Shown here: positions 29,155 to 39,475 of the stretch, one piece after another
How the letters are laid out: each line of letters starts with the position of its first letter
Position numbering within the stretch: the first letter of the stretch is position 1
DNA from: an uncultured Clostridium sp.
GTDB lineage: Bacteria; Bacillota_I; Bacilli_A; RF39; UBA660
Direction: 5' to 3'
DNA: 64,000 bases
Assembly (NCBI GenBank): GCA_964388545.1
Contig: CAYMAV010000002.1
Location: forward strand, 14-64,013
Program-made: the position numbers and the translations under genes
The notes under the pieces: generated by a model
Database searches by the model: none
What the model was told of the DNA's origin: nothing
Seen by the model: only the letters and a program-made list of their open reading frames with translations

Positions 29155-30135
29155 TTACTTAACTTCTCTTACTGTATATCCTTTTATTTGCAATTGGTCA
29201 ACTATTCCATTTTCACCAACTACATGAGCTGATCCAACAATATAAAGCATTTTATAATTAAGATTGAAATATTCAATTAATTTATTAGTCATATGAATAT
29301 CTCTATCCGCTAACATCTTTTTATTATATTCTTCTATTAATTTTCTATCTTCTTCGCTATATTTTAAATTACTTATTTTTGTTTCTTCTATTTCTTTTCT
29401 TAAATCTTCTTTTATAGTTCCTTTTTTCCATGATTCATATAGTTTTTTTAAACTATCTGGATTTTTTTCATACGAATCAATTAAATCATTAATCATAATC
29501 TCAAAAAGCCTATCTGGATTATTAGCAAGAACATTCATTTGATCTTCTGCTTTTTCTACAGCAAATAATTTCTTATTATCTTTTTCGCCCTTATCTTTAA
29601 AAAACTGATCAACTCCAATTGTATTTAACAATCCTGACTTTTGATAACCTACCGCTTGAATAACTATGTAATAATAAAATGGATTCATTTTCTCATTATA
29701 ACTATTCATCATATTATTCTTATTTAAATAATTCTTAATTTTGTCGATAGTTTCTTTAGAAAAATGATTATTAATAGTATCATTTTCATTTTTGAACATA
29801 AACATACTAGGATCTTCTTTTGTTTCTGCATCTAAAATTTCAAATGCTAAATATTCGCTATAATTATATGCATCATTTAAATATTGTGGTAATTCTAGCT
29901 CATTAATATTTCCTAGATGAATGCTTCCTAATAAATATATTTTATTATTGCTTCCTTCTTTTGTTATTTCATATAATAACGGAGTAACCTTTTCTTTTTG
30001 TTCTTCTTTATCTTCTTTATCTACTTTATTACTTTCCTTTTTTTCACCATTAAAATATAAATAGGCTCCTGCTCCTATTAATACAAATGATAAAACTAAT
30101 AATAAATAAACTAATATCTTTTTATTCTTTTTCAT
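29155..30135 (-). CDS. TraB/GumN-family protein with N-terminal membrane anchor
   Basis: N-terminal 'LLGSIHLG' and C-terminal 'VGSAHVVGENGIVDQL' are the paired family motifs. There is a TM helix at aa 8-28. Confidence 0.7.
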   Translation of the reverse strand: MKKNKKILVYLLLVLSFVLIGAGAYLYFNGEKKESNKVDKEDKEEQKEKVTPLLYEITKEGSNNKIYLLGSIHLGNINELELPQYLNDAYNYSEYLAFEILDAETKEDPSMFMFKNENDTINNHFSKETIDKIKNYLNKNNMMNSYNEKMNPFYYYIVIQAVGYQKSGLLNTIGVDQFFKDKGEKDNKKLFAVEKAEDQMNVLANNPDRLFEIMINDLIDSYEKNPDSLKKLYESWKKGTIKEDLRKEIEETKISNLKYSEEDRKLIEEYNKKMLADRDIHMTNKLIEYFNLNYKMLYIVGSAHVVGENGIVDQLQIKGYTVREVK

Positions 30136-30231
30136 CTCACACCTCTATTATAATTAAAACATAATTTTAAACTAATAAATAGGAATTTATCTTTTTTTAT
30201 TTAAGTTTACATAAAAAAATAGAGACTAGCT

Positions 30232-31623
30232 CTATTTACAGTTTTTTACAATATCTCTTGCCGCAACAATTCCTGTTGCTGCTGCTGCGACTATATTACC
30301 AGCTTTCCCGGCACCATCGCCAACAAAATAGATATTTTCATTTTTTATTTTCATATTATCATCAGTTGTTATCTCGTGAGAGAAAAACTTAATTTCTGGA
30401 CCATATAATAAAGTTTCATCGTTATTAACTCCTGGGATTATCTTATCAAGAGTTTCTAATCCTTCTACTATATTAGTAATGATTCGATGTGGAAGAACAA
30501 GTGCTAGATCTCCTGCTACACAGTCTTTTAGAGTTGGTTCAATAAAACTTTTATTAAGTCTATGCCACTCGCTTCTTCTACCTGATTTTAAATCCTTAAG
30601 CGACTGAATTATCGGTTTTCCAGCTCCTAGAACATTAGCAATTCTGGCAATTGATTCTCCATATAATCTTGTATCAGTTATAGGATGAGTAAGAGTTACT
30701 TTAGAAATAAAGGCAAAATTACTATTTTGGGACTTCTTATCCTTTTCTGAATATCCATTAACACAAATATATCCTTCGTAATTTTCTTTAGCAACAAATC
30801 CTCCTGGATTAGTACAAAATGTTCTTATTTCATCACCATAAGTTTTTGTTTTAATAAAAATTGTTGGATCATAGATAATCGAAGTTATCTCTTCTAATAT
30901 ATCTTTTCTTACCTCTACTCGAACTCCTATCTCAATGCTTTGAGATACATAGTCTATCTTGTATTTATCAGCTAGTTTTTGAACCCATTCAGCGCCTGAT
31001 CTACCTGGAGCAACAACTACGTACTTAGAAGATACACTTTCTTCCTTTTTACCATTTCTATAAGTTACCTTATAACCTTTTTCTTCTTTTAGAATGTCTA
31101 TTACATCGCATTTTTCAAATAGTTCTACTCCATTTTTTTTAAAATAGTTTTCCATTCCTTCGATATGCTTTGGTAGATAATCACTTCCAATATGTTTTTG
31201 TTTAATAATTAATAGTCTAGCACCGATCTTCGTAATCTTTTCCCTTATCTTTATTGCTTCATCCATATTAGTAGGATATACCTTACTATCCATGTTAAAT
31301 TTATTAAATACTTCCTCTGTATAATCGATTAATCTATAAGCATCACTCTCAGGCATATACTTAAAAAGATCAGTTTTACCAAGTTTAGGAATAAAGTTTA
31401 GCTTTCCATCAGAAAAAGTACCAGCACCCCCATAACCTGATAAAATACCACAAGGCTTACAATTAACACAAGCGATTTTTTGCTCATTCATCGGACATCT
31501 TCTATTTTTTGTTTTAGAACCTTTATCTAAAATCGCAATTTTTAAATTTTTATTGGAGTTCAATAGCTCATAAGCGGAAAATAATCCCGCTGGTCCTGCT
31601 CCAATTATTACAACATCAAACAT
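30232..31623 (-). CDS. FAD-dependent oxidoreductase (COG2509-like)
   Basis: Dinucleotide motif 'VVIIGAGPAGLFSAYEL', a Cys cluster 'CPMNEQKIACVNCKPCG', and C-terminal 'FVGDGAG'. 463 aa. Confidence 0.6.
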   Translation of the reverse strand: MFDVVIIGAGPAGLFSAYELLNSNKNLKIAILDKGSKTKNRRCPMNEQKIACVNCKPCGILSGYGGAGTFSDGKLNFIPKLGKTDLFKYMPESDAYRLIDYTEEVFNKFNMDSKVYPTNMDEAIKIREKITKIGARLLIIKQKHIGSDYLPKHIEGMENYFKKNGVELFEKCDVIDILKEEKGYKVTYRNGKKEESVSSKYVVVAPGRSGAEWVQKLADKYKIDYVSQSIEIGVRVEVRKDILEEITSIIYDPTIFIKTKTYGDEIRTFCTNPGGFVAKENYEGYICVNGYSEKDKKSQNSNFAFISKVTLTHPITDTRLYGESIARIANVLGAGKPIIQSLKDLKSGRRSEWHRLNKSFIEPTLKDCVAGDLALVLPHRIITNIVEGLETLDKIIPGVNNDETLLYGPEIKFFSHEITTDDNMKIKNENIYFVGDGAGKAGNIVAAAATGIVAARDIVKNCK

Positions 31624-31631
31624 AATCCTCC

Positions 31632-34031
31632 TTATTTAACAACTATATTTACTATTCTTCCTTGAATAACTATAATCTTAACGATTTCTTTTCCTTCAAG
31701 ATGTCTTTTAACATTTTCTTCAACTTGTGCTTTTTCTTTAATAATATCCTCACTATCATCAATACTAATGGTAATAGTTCCTCTTAATTTGCCATTAACC
31801 TGTACCCCTATCGTTTTTTCTTCATCAACTATTTTATTCTCATCATATTTAGGCCACTCACCATTATATAATGGAGAATTATCAATAGCTTCATTTAGCT
31901 CTTCCGTCATATGAGGAGCACATGGATATAATAGCTTTAAGAATGTTTCATAATCTTTTTTAGTAATAGATTCTTTTTCATAAAATGTATTAATTAACTT
32001 CATTAATTCTGCAATTGCAGTATTATACTTCATCGCTTCATAATCATCGCTAACCTTTTTAATTGTTTTATGAATCATTACCTCTAAATCTTTTGAATAA
32101 CCTTCTTCCTTATTAAGGCGATCTTTTAAATTATATGTTCTTTCTAAGAATCTTGATACCCCTTTAATCGAAGCCTCGCTCCAAGGACATTCTACTCCGT
32201 ATTCTCCCATAAATAAAATATATGTTCTTAAAGTATCTGCTCCATAATCCTTAATAGTTTCATCAAAATTAACAACATTTCCTCTTGATTTACTCATCTT
32301 TTCGCCATCGGGTCCTAGAATTAATCCTTGAGCAGTTCTCTTAGCATAAGGTTCTTTTGTTGGTACTACTCCAATATCATATAAGAACATATGCCAAAAT
32401 CTCGAATAGATAACGTGCCTTGTTACATGCTCCATGCCACCATTATACCAATCGACATTCATCCAGTATTTTAACTTATCAAAATCAGCTAAAGCTTTAT
32501 CGTTAGTTGGATCAATATATCTTAAGAAATACCATGATGAACCAGCCCATTGAGGCATTGTATCCGTTTCTCTTTTAGCATCTGCTCCACACTTAGGACA
32601 TTTGCAATTAACGAAAGATTCGATCTTAGATAACGGACTTTCACCATCCTCACCGACTACTAATTTATCAATTTTAGGTAATTTTAAAGGCAATTCATCA
32701 TAAGGAACCCCTACTGTACCACATTTAGGACAATGAATTATTGGAATCGGTTCGCCCCAATATCTTTGCCTATTAAAAGCCCAGTCTTGCATCTTATATT
32801 CGATTCTTTTAGCACCTAATTTCTTATCTTCTAAAAATTTAATCGCTTTATTAATTCCTTCTTCTTTAGTTTTAATCCCTTCTAAAATTGGTGAATTTAC
32901 ATATTCTCCATCCATTGTATAAGCTTCTTTAAAGATATCTCCACCTTTAATTACCTCGATTATATCGATACCAAATTTCTTAGCAAAAGCATAATCTCTT
33001 TCATCATGAGCAGGAACTGCCATTATCGCACCAGTTCCATAATTCATCATTACATAATCAGATACAAATATCGGAATTTTTTTATCATTAATTGGATTAA
33101 TTGCCTCTAATCCTTCAATTTTAACCCCTGTTTTATCTTTATTTAATTCAACTCTTTCAAATGCGGTTTTCTTTAAAGCCTCTTTTTGATACTTGTTAAT
33201 CTCTTCAATATTCTTAATTCTATCTTTGTATTTTGAAAGTAATGGATGCTCTGGTGAAATAACCATAAAAGTTACTCCATATAAGGTATCAGGTCTAGTT
33301 GTAAATACCTTTAGAATATCCTTAAGACCATCTATCTTAAAATCGATATTAGCACCAACTGATCTACCAATCCAATTTTCTTGTTGTAATTTTATATTTG
33401 GTAGATAATTAACATCATTTAATCCTTCTAATAATCGATCAGCATATTTAGTAATTCTTAAATACCAAACATCTTTTTCTTTTTGGACTATCTCGCTCTT
33501 ACAAATATCGCATTTACCACCTTGGCTATCCTCATTAGATAATACGACCTTACAACTAGGACAATAATTTACCATTGTCTTATCACGAAAAACTAAATCA
33601 TTATCAAACATCTTTAAGAATATCCACTGGGTCCATTTATAATAATTTTCATCCGTTGTATCAATCATTCGATCGTAATCAAAAGAAAACCCTACCGCCT
33701 GCAACTGCTCAGTAAATGTCTTAATATTCTTATCGGTTACTTCCCTTGGTGAAATACCGGTTTTCATCGCATAGTTTTCTGTCGGAAGTCCAAAAGCATC
33801 AAATCCAATAGGAAATAACACATTATAGCCTTCCATTCTTCTTTTTCTAGCAATTACCTCTAATCCGATATAGGCTTTAACATGTCCAATATGCATAAAA
33901 GATCCACTTGGATATGGAAATTCTACCAATAAGTAACTTTTTTCCTTTTTACTATTATCTTCAGCTTTATAGGCCTTTTCTTTTAGCCATATCTCTTGCC
34001 ATTTTTTTTCTATTTTCTTAAAATTATACAT
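31632..34031 (-). CDS. leuS: leucine--tRNA ligase
   Basis: HIGH motif 'MHIGHVKAY', KMSKS motif 'EKMSKSRGN', and Zn-finger Cys pairs 'CPSCKV...CDICKS'. 799 aa. Confidence 0.95.
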   Translation of the reverse strand: MYNFKKIEKKWQEIWLKEKAYKAEDNSKKEKSYLLVEFPYPSGSFMHIGHVKAYIGLEVIARKRRMEGYNVLFPIGFDAFGLPTENYAMKTGISPREVTDKNIKTFTEQLQAVGFSFDYDRMIDTTDENYYKWTQWIFLKMFDNDLVFRDKTMVNYCPSCKVVLSNEDSQGGKCDICKSEIVQKEKDVWYLRITKYADRLLEGLNDVNYLPNIKLQQENWIGRSVGANIDFKIDGLKDILKVFTTRPDTLYGVTFMVISPEHPLLSKYKDRIKNIEEINKYQKEALKKTAFERVELNKDKTGVKIEGLEAINPINDKKIPIFVSDYVMMNYGTGAIMAVPAHDERDYAFAKKFGIDIIEVIKGGDIFKEAYTMDGEYVNSPILEGIKTKEEGINKAIKFLEDKKLGAKRIEYKMQDWAFNRQRYWGEPIPIIHCPKCGTVGVPYDELPLKLPKIDKLVVGEDGESPLSKIESFVNCKCPKCGADAKRETDTMPQWAGSSWYFLRYIDPTNDKALADFDKLKYWMNVDWYNGGMEHVTRHVIYSRFWHMFLYDIGVVPTKEPYAKRTAQGLILGPDGEKMSKSRGNVVNFDETIKDYGADTLRTYILFMGEYGVECPWSEASIKGVSRFLERTYNLKDRLNKEEGYSKDLEVMIHKTIKKVSDDYEAMKYNTAIAELMKLINTFYEKESITKKDYETFLKLLYPCAPHMTEELNEAIDNSPLYNGEWPKYDENKIVDEEKTIGVQVNGKLRGTITISIDDSEDIIKEKAQVEENVKRHLEGKEIVKIIVIQGRIVNIVVK

Positions 34032-34410
34032 TTTTTAACCATCCCTTCTTTTTAAAATACATAGCTATTAACTTTAAACTTATTAAATATATTGGAAACA
34101 ACAACAATGTAGATAATAATATTTGAAGTCCAATAGTCTTCTTAACAAAAATTGATACTATCAGCATTACCACTACTATTTCAAGTGCTAAGAGAAGTCC
34201 AATCAACTTTAAAACTGCTCTTAAATTAACCTTATTTAAATCAACTTTATATTTGATTACAAAAAATTTAACCTCGCTAGGAAGAGCATCATAATCCTTA
34301 ATATTTTTCTTTTTCTTATTTTTATAATGTCCATCTTTATCAAACCTTCTAATAGTAACTGTAAAATATATAAGATAAACAATTAATATATATATTGTTA
34401 AGCTAATCAT
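34024..34410 (-). CDS. small polytopic membrane protein (128 aa), first gene of the leuS transcript
   Basis: The ATG at 34410 is preceded by 'AGGAGGAA'. It has 3-4 hydrophobic helices and overlaps the leuS ATG by 8 nt. Confidence 0.55.
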   Translation of the reverse strand: MISLTIYILIVYLIYFTVTIRRFDKDGHYKNKKKKNIKDYDALPSEVKFFVIKYKVDLNKVNLRAVLKLIGLLLALEIVVVMLIVSIFVKKTIGLQILLSTLLLFPIYLISLKLIAMYFKKKGWLKNV

Positions 34411-34420
34411 AATTCCTCCT

Positions 34421-34620
34421 AAAAATAAAAAATATCCATCCAGCTAAGGACGAATATTTCGCGGTACCACCTTAATTCACATAAATGTGCTCTTTAAACT
34501 TTATATCGCAAGTAACGGTTTTGTTTTTTTAAGATAAGTTCATAAATCTCATACTATTGATTTTCACCATCCATCAACTCTCTTTAAATAATTCATTTAT
34601 TACTACTTCTTAACAAATAC
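34421..34620 (-). promoter_or_regulatory. T-box leader (Leu specifier)
   Basis: On the minus strand, the core 'AAGGTGGTACCGCG' (34460-34473) is followed by the terminator 'ATATTCGTCCTTAGCTGGATGGATATTTTTT'. The stem I element is 'AGAGAGTTGATGG', and the specifier 'GAACTTATC' contains CUU followed by A. Confidence 0.88.
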
Positions 34621-34626
34621 AAATCT

Positions 34627-34655
34627 ATTATAAATTAATCTAAATCTAAATTCAA
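34627..34655 (-). promoter_or_regulatory. sigma-A-type promoter for the leuS leader
   Basis: TTGAAT (34655-34650), a 17-nt spacer, then TATAAT (34632-34627). Confidence 0.6.
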
Positions 34656-36278
34656 CTATTTAATTATATATGTATAAATTCGATTTCTAACATTAATATC
34701 TAAATAGATTTTTTCAGCTTCTTTTAATCTAGTTCTAACCTCTAGAAAGGCATAATTAAGAGTTGGAAGTGGAGTTATATCCTTTAGATTAATCTTATGT
34801 TGATACTCCTTACCTTTAATAACAAATCTTATACTTCCATGATCTTCAAAAAACTTATTATTTTTATACCTATTACCTAGATATTTTCTATCAAAGGATA
34901 AATCATAATCTATTCTCATTACCGATAAATCATAGGTCGAATTAAAATTTGGAACAATACTGTCATATCTTGTTATACAATCATTATTTACGCAGTATTT
35001 AGCCTTATACAAAAAGTTTTGTTCTATTCTTATATTCCTTATATTTAATTTAGTATTTCCTAACAGGCTATCCTTAAAAATTATCTCCTCACCTAATTTT
35101 TTTTCTTCGATAACTTTTGGATTATTAAACTCACTAGGTTTTAATTTAACTGTACGATATTTAAAATCCATTTCACTATCTTTATATTCAATATCGTATA
35201 AATATCTTAAGTAAATACTCCTACTATCATAATATTTTTTATCAATTTCATATACTAAAGTAAATATTCTTTTCTCACCATTTTTTATGCTCTGATTATA
35301 GTAATTCTCTCCGAATTCCGGGAAATCATCATTAAGAAGTTTATTAGGAGTAACCATATAAAACTCATCAAGCTTTACTTTAGCATTTTCCATATTAATG
35401 CTTTCAATATCAAAACCTGAGATATTTTCATAATTTAACTTAATTATCAAATAAAACTTATCGCTTTTTAACTTATCATTTAAATTTTTAGTATAAGTTT
35501 TATAACTATTTAAAACCTCTATTTTATAAGCACTTGTTTTAAAACTTGTCCCTTCTTTATATATTTTTTCTCTTACAAGTATAAAATCTAAAATAATTGA
35601 TAGAAAAACAATTCCCACTACTGCAAAGAATATAAAAAACAGTAACTTATTTTCTTTATAATTATATTTTAATATCCTTAATCTTTTTCTAATTTTTGCT
35701 TTTATATCTTCGGTATCAATATTTAATTGAAACTCAAACTCTTCACGGTCTTCACTAGATAATTCAAAATCCATTAAATCTTTTTGAAAATCAAATTTCT
35801 TAATATCAAAACCAGTCATTCTTACAAATGATAAGATTAAACTACCAATTTGGACAAATACTAAAGTAAAATAAATATCTCTAAGTATTTTTGTAAATCT
35901 TAAATCTGGTACATCAAACTGAAGATCGTATAAGAAATTAGATGCATAGAAAAATAACAAAAGAACTATAATATAAACAATTAAGTTAAAGACATAAAAG
36001 ATAATCGGTTTATTCTTATGCTTCATTAAATATAAGACCACTGCTGAAATAAGTATTATTACAATAAGTACTAAAATAACCGAAGTAGAAGTATATGCTC
36101 CAGAATAATCCTCATATAAAGGAACTCCTTGATAATTAGTAATATAATTACCAAAAAAAATCGATAAATTTATACTCTTAAACAAAACATATAAAATACC
36201 AGCAAAAAGTATCATATGTATTAATTTAAAATATTTAATTAAAAATGCATACGGTTTCCTTAATATCATCACTATCAC
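34656..36278 (-). CDS. polytopic membrane protein with large C-terminal extracytoplasmic domain, unknown function
   Basis: 540 aa. About five TM helices lie in the first roughly 240 aa, with an acidic cytoplasmic loop 'DFELSSEDREEFEFQ'. A beta-rich domain of about 300 aa follows. Last gene of the holA-containing operon. Confidence 0.5.
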   Translation of the reverse strand: MIVMILRKPYAFLIKYFKLIHMILFAGILYVLFKSINLSIFFGNYITNYQGVPLYEDYSGAYTSTSVILVLIVIILISAVVLYLMKHKNKPIIFYVFNLIVYIIVLLLFFYASNFLYDLQFDVPDLRFTKILRDIYFTLVFVQIGSLILSFVRMTGFDIKKFDFQKDLMDFELSSEDREEFEFQLNIDTEDIKAKIRKRLRILKYNYKENKLLFFIFFAVVGIVFLSIILDFILVREKIYKEGTSFKTSAYKIEVLNSYKTYTKNLNDKLKSDKFYLIIKLNYENISGFDIESINMENAKVKLDEFYMVTPNKLLNDDFPEFGENYYNQSIKNGEKRIFTLVYEIDKKYYDSRSIYLRYLYDIEYKDSEMDFKYRTVKLKPSEFNNPKVIEEKKLGEEIIFKDSLLGNTKLNIRNIRIEQNFLYKAKYCVNNDCITRYDSIVPNFNSTYDLSVMRIDYDLSFDRKYLGNRYKNNKFFEDHGSIRFVIKGKEYQHKINLKDITPLPTLNYAFLEVRTRLKEAEKIYLDINVRNRIYTYIIK

Positions 36279-36303
36279 CCTTTATTATCTTTATTATAAA
36301 CTA

Positions 36304-37533
36304 TTATTCTATATATACATCAAATATATTTTCACTGTTATATTTAAATTCATTCCTTGTAACTAATGGAAAGATTCCATAACGATTATTTTTATAAATA
36401 ACAGTATCTTTTAAGTAGAAAACATCTTCCTTTTCCACTTTAAAATTAGTAACGGATGAATCATTTAATATAAGTATCGGATTATCTAAATACTCTTTAT
36501 ATATTTTATAATATTTATTATCTTTTTTAATAACTATAAACTTTCCTCTTGGGTTATCGTATATTTCATCATAATTTAACCCACGATAATCTTCAAATTC
36601 AAAAGTAAAAATAACATCCTTTTTAAGTTCATAAACACTTATATCCTTCTTTTTTCCATGTACAATATTAATACCCTCTTTTTCGGTATTAGCAATCTCC
36701 AATACCTCCATTTTAATTGGATCGATTGAATATTGTTTTAAATTACTTCTGTCAAAAATATATAATTTATTTTCATACTCTCCATTAATATAGTAATTTT
36801 TTGATATTGAATTACCAAAATCGATATCTTTTTGCACTCCATTTTCAATATTGTACACAATAAATTCATCAAGAACTGGAGAAGATGATAATTTAGGAAC
36901 AATATAGAATTTACCCAATTGATAACCATAATTATTCTTATATACATCATAATTTGCAAAAACAAAATAATCTCTTCTATTCTTGTTTAATAAAACTATT
37001 TTTTTATAAGAGTATACTAAAATGTTTTCTTCATTTAAATAGCCTAAATTTAAAGAAATATCGTCATAGGGAATTGTATCCTTATCTAATTTTTTATAAT
37101 CCTCATAGGTTGATTTTTTTAGTTTTTTCATAAAAGCACTAAAATCATATTTTTTCTCTACCATACTAAAAGATACTAAATTATCATCTTCATAACATAA
37201 AGGATAACTACTTTCACTATCGTTTTTATAATCAAGTGCTAAACATAAAAGATTATTTTCTTCATAAACATTAACTGATTCGACAATTTCTATTTGTTTA
37301 TTAAAATTATTATCTGTATCAAAAAGAAAATCTTTTTCCTTGTAATTAACTTTCAATAAATAATAATCATTATCTTTGTTTTTTATATATTTTTCATTTA
37401 TTTTAAAAACCATATTATTATTCTTATAAAAATAATCGATATTATGAGATTTTTTAAAGTAATTAGCACCGATTTGATAGAAGATTAACAATATAATAAT
37501 TATTAATATAAATGAAATACTTTTTTTTATCAT
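36304..37533 (-). CDS. N-terminally anchored beta-rich protein, unknown function
   Basis: 409 aa. A single N-terminal TM ('ISFILIIIILLIFYQIG') is followed by an Asn/Tyr/Lys-rich, repetitive beta-strand-like sequence. Confidence 0.5.
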   Translation of the reverse strand: MIKKSISFILIIIILLIFYQIGANYFKKSHNIDYFYKNNNMVFKINEKYIKNKDNDYYLLKVNYKEKDFLFDTDNNFNKQIEIVESVNVYEENNLLCLALDYKNDSESSYPLCYEDDNLVSFSMVEKKYDFSAFMKKLKKSTYEDYKKLDKDTIPYDDISLNLGYLNEENILVYSYKKIVLLNKNRRDYFVFANYDVYKNNYGYQLGKFYIVPKLSSSPVLDEFIVYNIENGVQKDIDFGNSISKNYYINGEYENKLYIFDRSNLKQYSIDPIKMEVLEIANTEKEGINIVHGKKKDISVYELKKDVIFTFEFEDYRGLNYDEIYDNPRGKFIVIKKDNKYYKIYKEYLDNPILILNDSSVTNFKVEKEDVFYLKDTVIYKNNRYGIFPLVTRNEFKYNSENIFDVYIE

Positions 37534-37541
37534 ACAACCAC

Positions 37542-38459
37542 CTATAATCCTAAAATAAAGAGTTCAAATAATAAATCGATATCTTTATATTCACTCTTGC
37601 TTATAATATCAATATCACTTAAAGCATCAAGCATATCGATAAGTTCTGTTTCTGTATAATTCTCGGAATTATTAATCGCCAATTTAACTGGATATAGTTT
37701 TTGATTAGTAAAGTCTGCTATTTCCTCTGGAGTCATTTTACTAGATAAAATCTTAGCAATATATAAATTTCTAATCTGATGAGAAATAGTTGCTAAAAGC
37801 TTTACTGAATCCTTTTCCTTGCTAGATAGCCTATGAAAAATCTCGATCGCTTTAAATTTATCCTTTTTGCTAATCGCATTAGGTAAAATAAATGGATCAT
37901 CTTCATAATCTCTAACTACATTAAAAATGATATCTTCTTTAGTAATTATTTTTTCATCGTCATTTATTTTTAAAATTTTTAATTTATTTAATTCGTTTAA
38001 TATCTTTTCATTATTATTTAAGCAATGAATAGCAAAATATTTTATCGTATCATTATCCATTTTATAATGTTCCAAATTCTTTTTTATTAAATCTTCAGAA
38101 TTTATATATTTCTCTATTATTTCTAGATATTTATCTATCTTTGATAAAATGTTCTTCTTTATAGAATTTGCAACCAATATTAAATAATTATCACTAGGTT
38201 TTTCTAAATACTTTATCAATACCGATAAATCTTTTTCATCAACTAATTCAAAATTTTCTAAAATAACTACTTTTTTATTTGTAAAAAGATTAAAAGTATC
38301 CAGTTCCTCAGTTAACTTAGCAAAAGAGGTATCAGGATATAAATATTTAATTAAGTCATAATCCTCTTTTATCGATTTAAGAATAATATCTAAATTAAAT
38401 TGGGCGTTAAATTTATCCAAAGAAATAATAAGATAATTATTTTTCATTAGGCTTTCCAT
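37542..38459 (-). CDS. holA: DNA polymerase III delta subunit
   Basis: 305 aa. The HolA-like layout has 'KKVVILENFE...LIKYLEKPSDNYLILVA', 'LNELNKLKIL', 'PFILPNAISKKDKFKAIEIFHRL' and C-terminal 'LSDIDIISKS...LFELFILGL'. Confidence 0.7.
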   Translation of the reverse strand: MESLMKNNYLIISLDKFNAQFNLDIILKSIKEDYDLIKYLYPDTSFAKLTEELDTFNLFTNKKVVILENFELVDEKDLSVLIKYLEKPSDNYLILVANSIKKNILSKIDKYLEIIEKYINSEDLIKKNLEHYKMDNDTIKYFAIHCLNNNEKILNELNKLKILKINDDEKIITKEDIIFNVVRDYEDDPFILPNAISKKDKFKAIEIFHRLSSKEKDSVKLLATISHQIRNLYIAKILSSKMTPEEIADFTNQKLYPVKLAINNSENYTETELIDMLDALSDIDIISKSEYKDIDLLFELFILGL

Positions 38460-38874
38460 ATTTTTTCTTTAATCTGATCATATTCTTACTAATATTTGTC
38501 TCAATCTCTGGAAGTGCTGCTTTATCAATATTTGTTAGTACAACTTCTTCTTTAATTGTATCAATTTTTATTTTCCCCCAAATTAATCCTGCTCTTATAT
38601 TAAGGTCATTATACATATAGGGCATAATTGAATCAAAGTAATAACCAAAGACAAATCTTTTCCTTCCAATAATTAGTCTCTCATTTGTAAGGGCGATTAT
38701 AGCTGTTGAAAATACATCATAGAAATGTTCATTTTTTTGTGCAACAAATAAATACAAAATCTCTTCTCCAGGATTTAAATGCTTTTCGATTATTAAAGAA
38801 TTTTTTCTTAATCTCCATGCAATTGTTAAAGGATATTTTGATCTAAAACTTTTGGCCATTTCATAAACTGTCAT
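38437..38874 (-). CDS. bacterial PH-domain protein (YokE-like)
   Basis: 145 aa. The pattern 'LNPGEEILYLFVAQKN...STAIIALTNERLIIGRKR...IKIDT' matches the bPH/YokE-like layout. Overlaps holA by 23 nt. Confidence 0.5.
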   Translation of the reverse strand: MTVYEMAKSFRSKYPLTIAWRLRKNSLIIEKHLNPGEEILYLFVAQKNEHFYDVFSTAIIALTNERLIIGRKRFVFGYYFDSIMPYMYNDLNIRAGLIWGKIKIDTIKEEVVLTNIDKAALPEIETNISKNMIRLKKKYGKPNEK

Positions 38875-38883
38875 AATAACCTC

Positions 38884-39468
38884 CTAAAATATATCTTTAA
38901 TTAACTTATCGATAAAATCTATTAACTTATTAAATAAGCCTACTATAAAATCTAGTATTTTTTGAAAGATATTTTTCTCTTCTTTTACCTCTTCTTTTGG
39001 TTTTTCTTCTTCAATTTTCTCCCAAATACCAATCTCTTTTTCTTTAGCTAATGCTTCTGCTTCTGATAATTTTTTAAAATAGATATATTTTTCTTCTAGA
39101 AAAACTGGTTTAATATAACCGTTTTTAACAAGATTTTCCTGTAATAGTACTCCATCTATTAAAACCCAAGCTTGAATTCTACCATATTGATCTTCTTTTA
39201 AGCTAGGTTCATACTCTAAATTAATCTTCTTAGCCTTTTTTAAAAGAGAACAGGTATAATCGCTAACTGAGAAAACCTTATTATCAAAAGTAATTTCATC
39301 AGTAGTATCAACCCCGATAAACTTTACCTTAATTTCTTTTAAACCGTACATAAAACGTGCAGAATTTGCATCAACACAAGCACTTAATGTTACAGTATCA
39401 ACTTTATTTGCCGCGAATACATTAAGCGGTAAAAGAATCATAAATAATATAGCTATAAACTTTTTCAT
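38884..39468 (-). CDS. secreted thermonuclease (SNase)-family protein
   Basis: The ORF was trimmed to Met17. The signal peptide is 'MKKFIAILFMILLPLNVFA|AN'. SNase-like motifs are 'VKFIGVDTTD' and 'DQYGRIQAWVLIDGVLLQENLVKNGY'. RBS 'AGGAG'. Confidence 0.75.
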   Translation of the reverse strand: MKKFIAILFMILLPLNVFAANKVDTVTLSACVDANSARFMYGLKEIKVKFIGVDTTDEITFDNKVFSVSDYTCSLLKKAKKINLEYEPSLKEDQYGRIQAWVLIDGVLLQENLVKNGYIKPVFLEEKYIYFKKLSEAEALAKEKEIGIWEKIEEEKPKEEVKEEKNIFQKILDFIVGLFNKLIDFIDKLIKDIF

Positions 39469-39475
39469 ATTGCTC

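Noticed and set aside
36738-36965. A 75-aa minus-strand ORF nested inside the 409-aa gene.
   Set aside because: It is an alternative frame of a longer ORF on the same strand. Its translation is hydrophobic and low complexity, and it has no independent signals.
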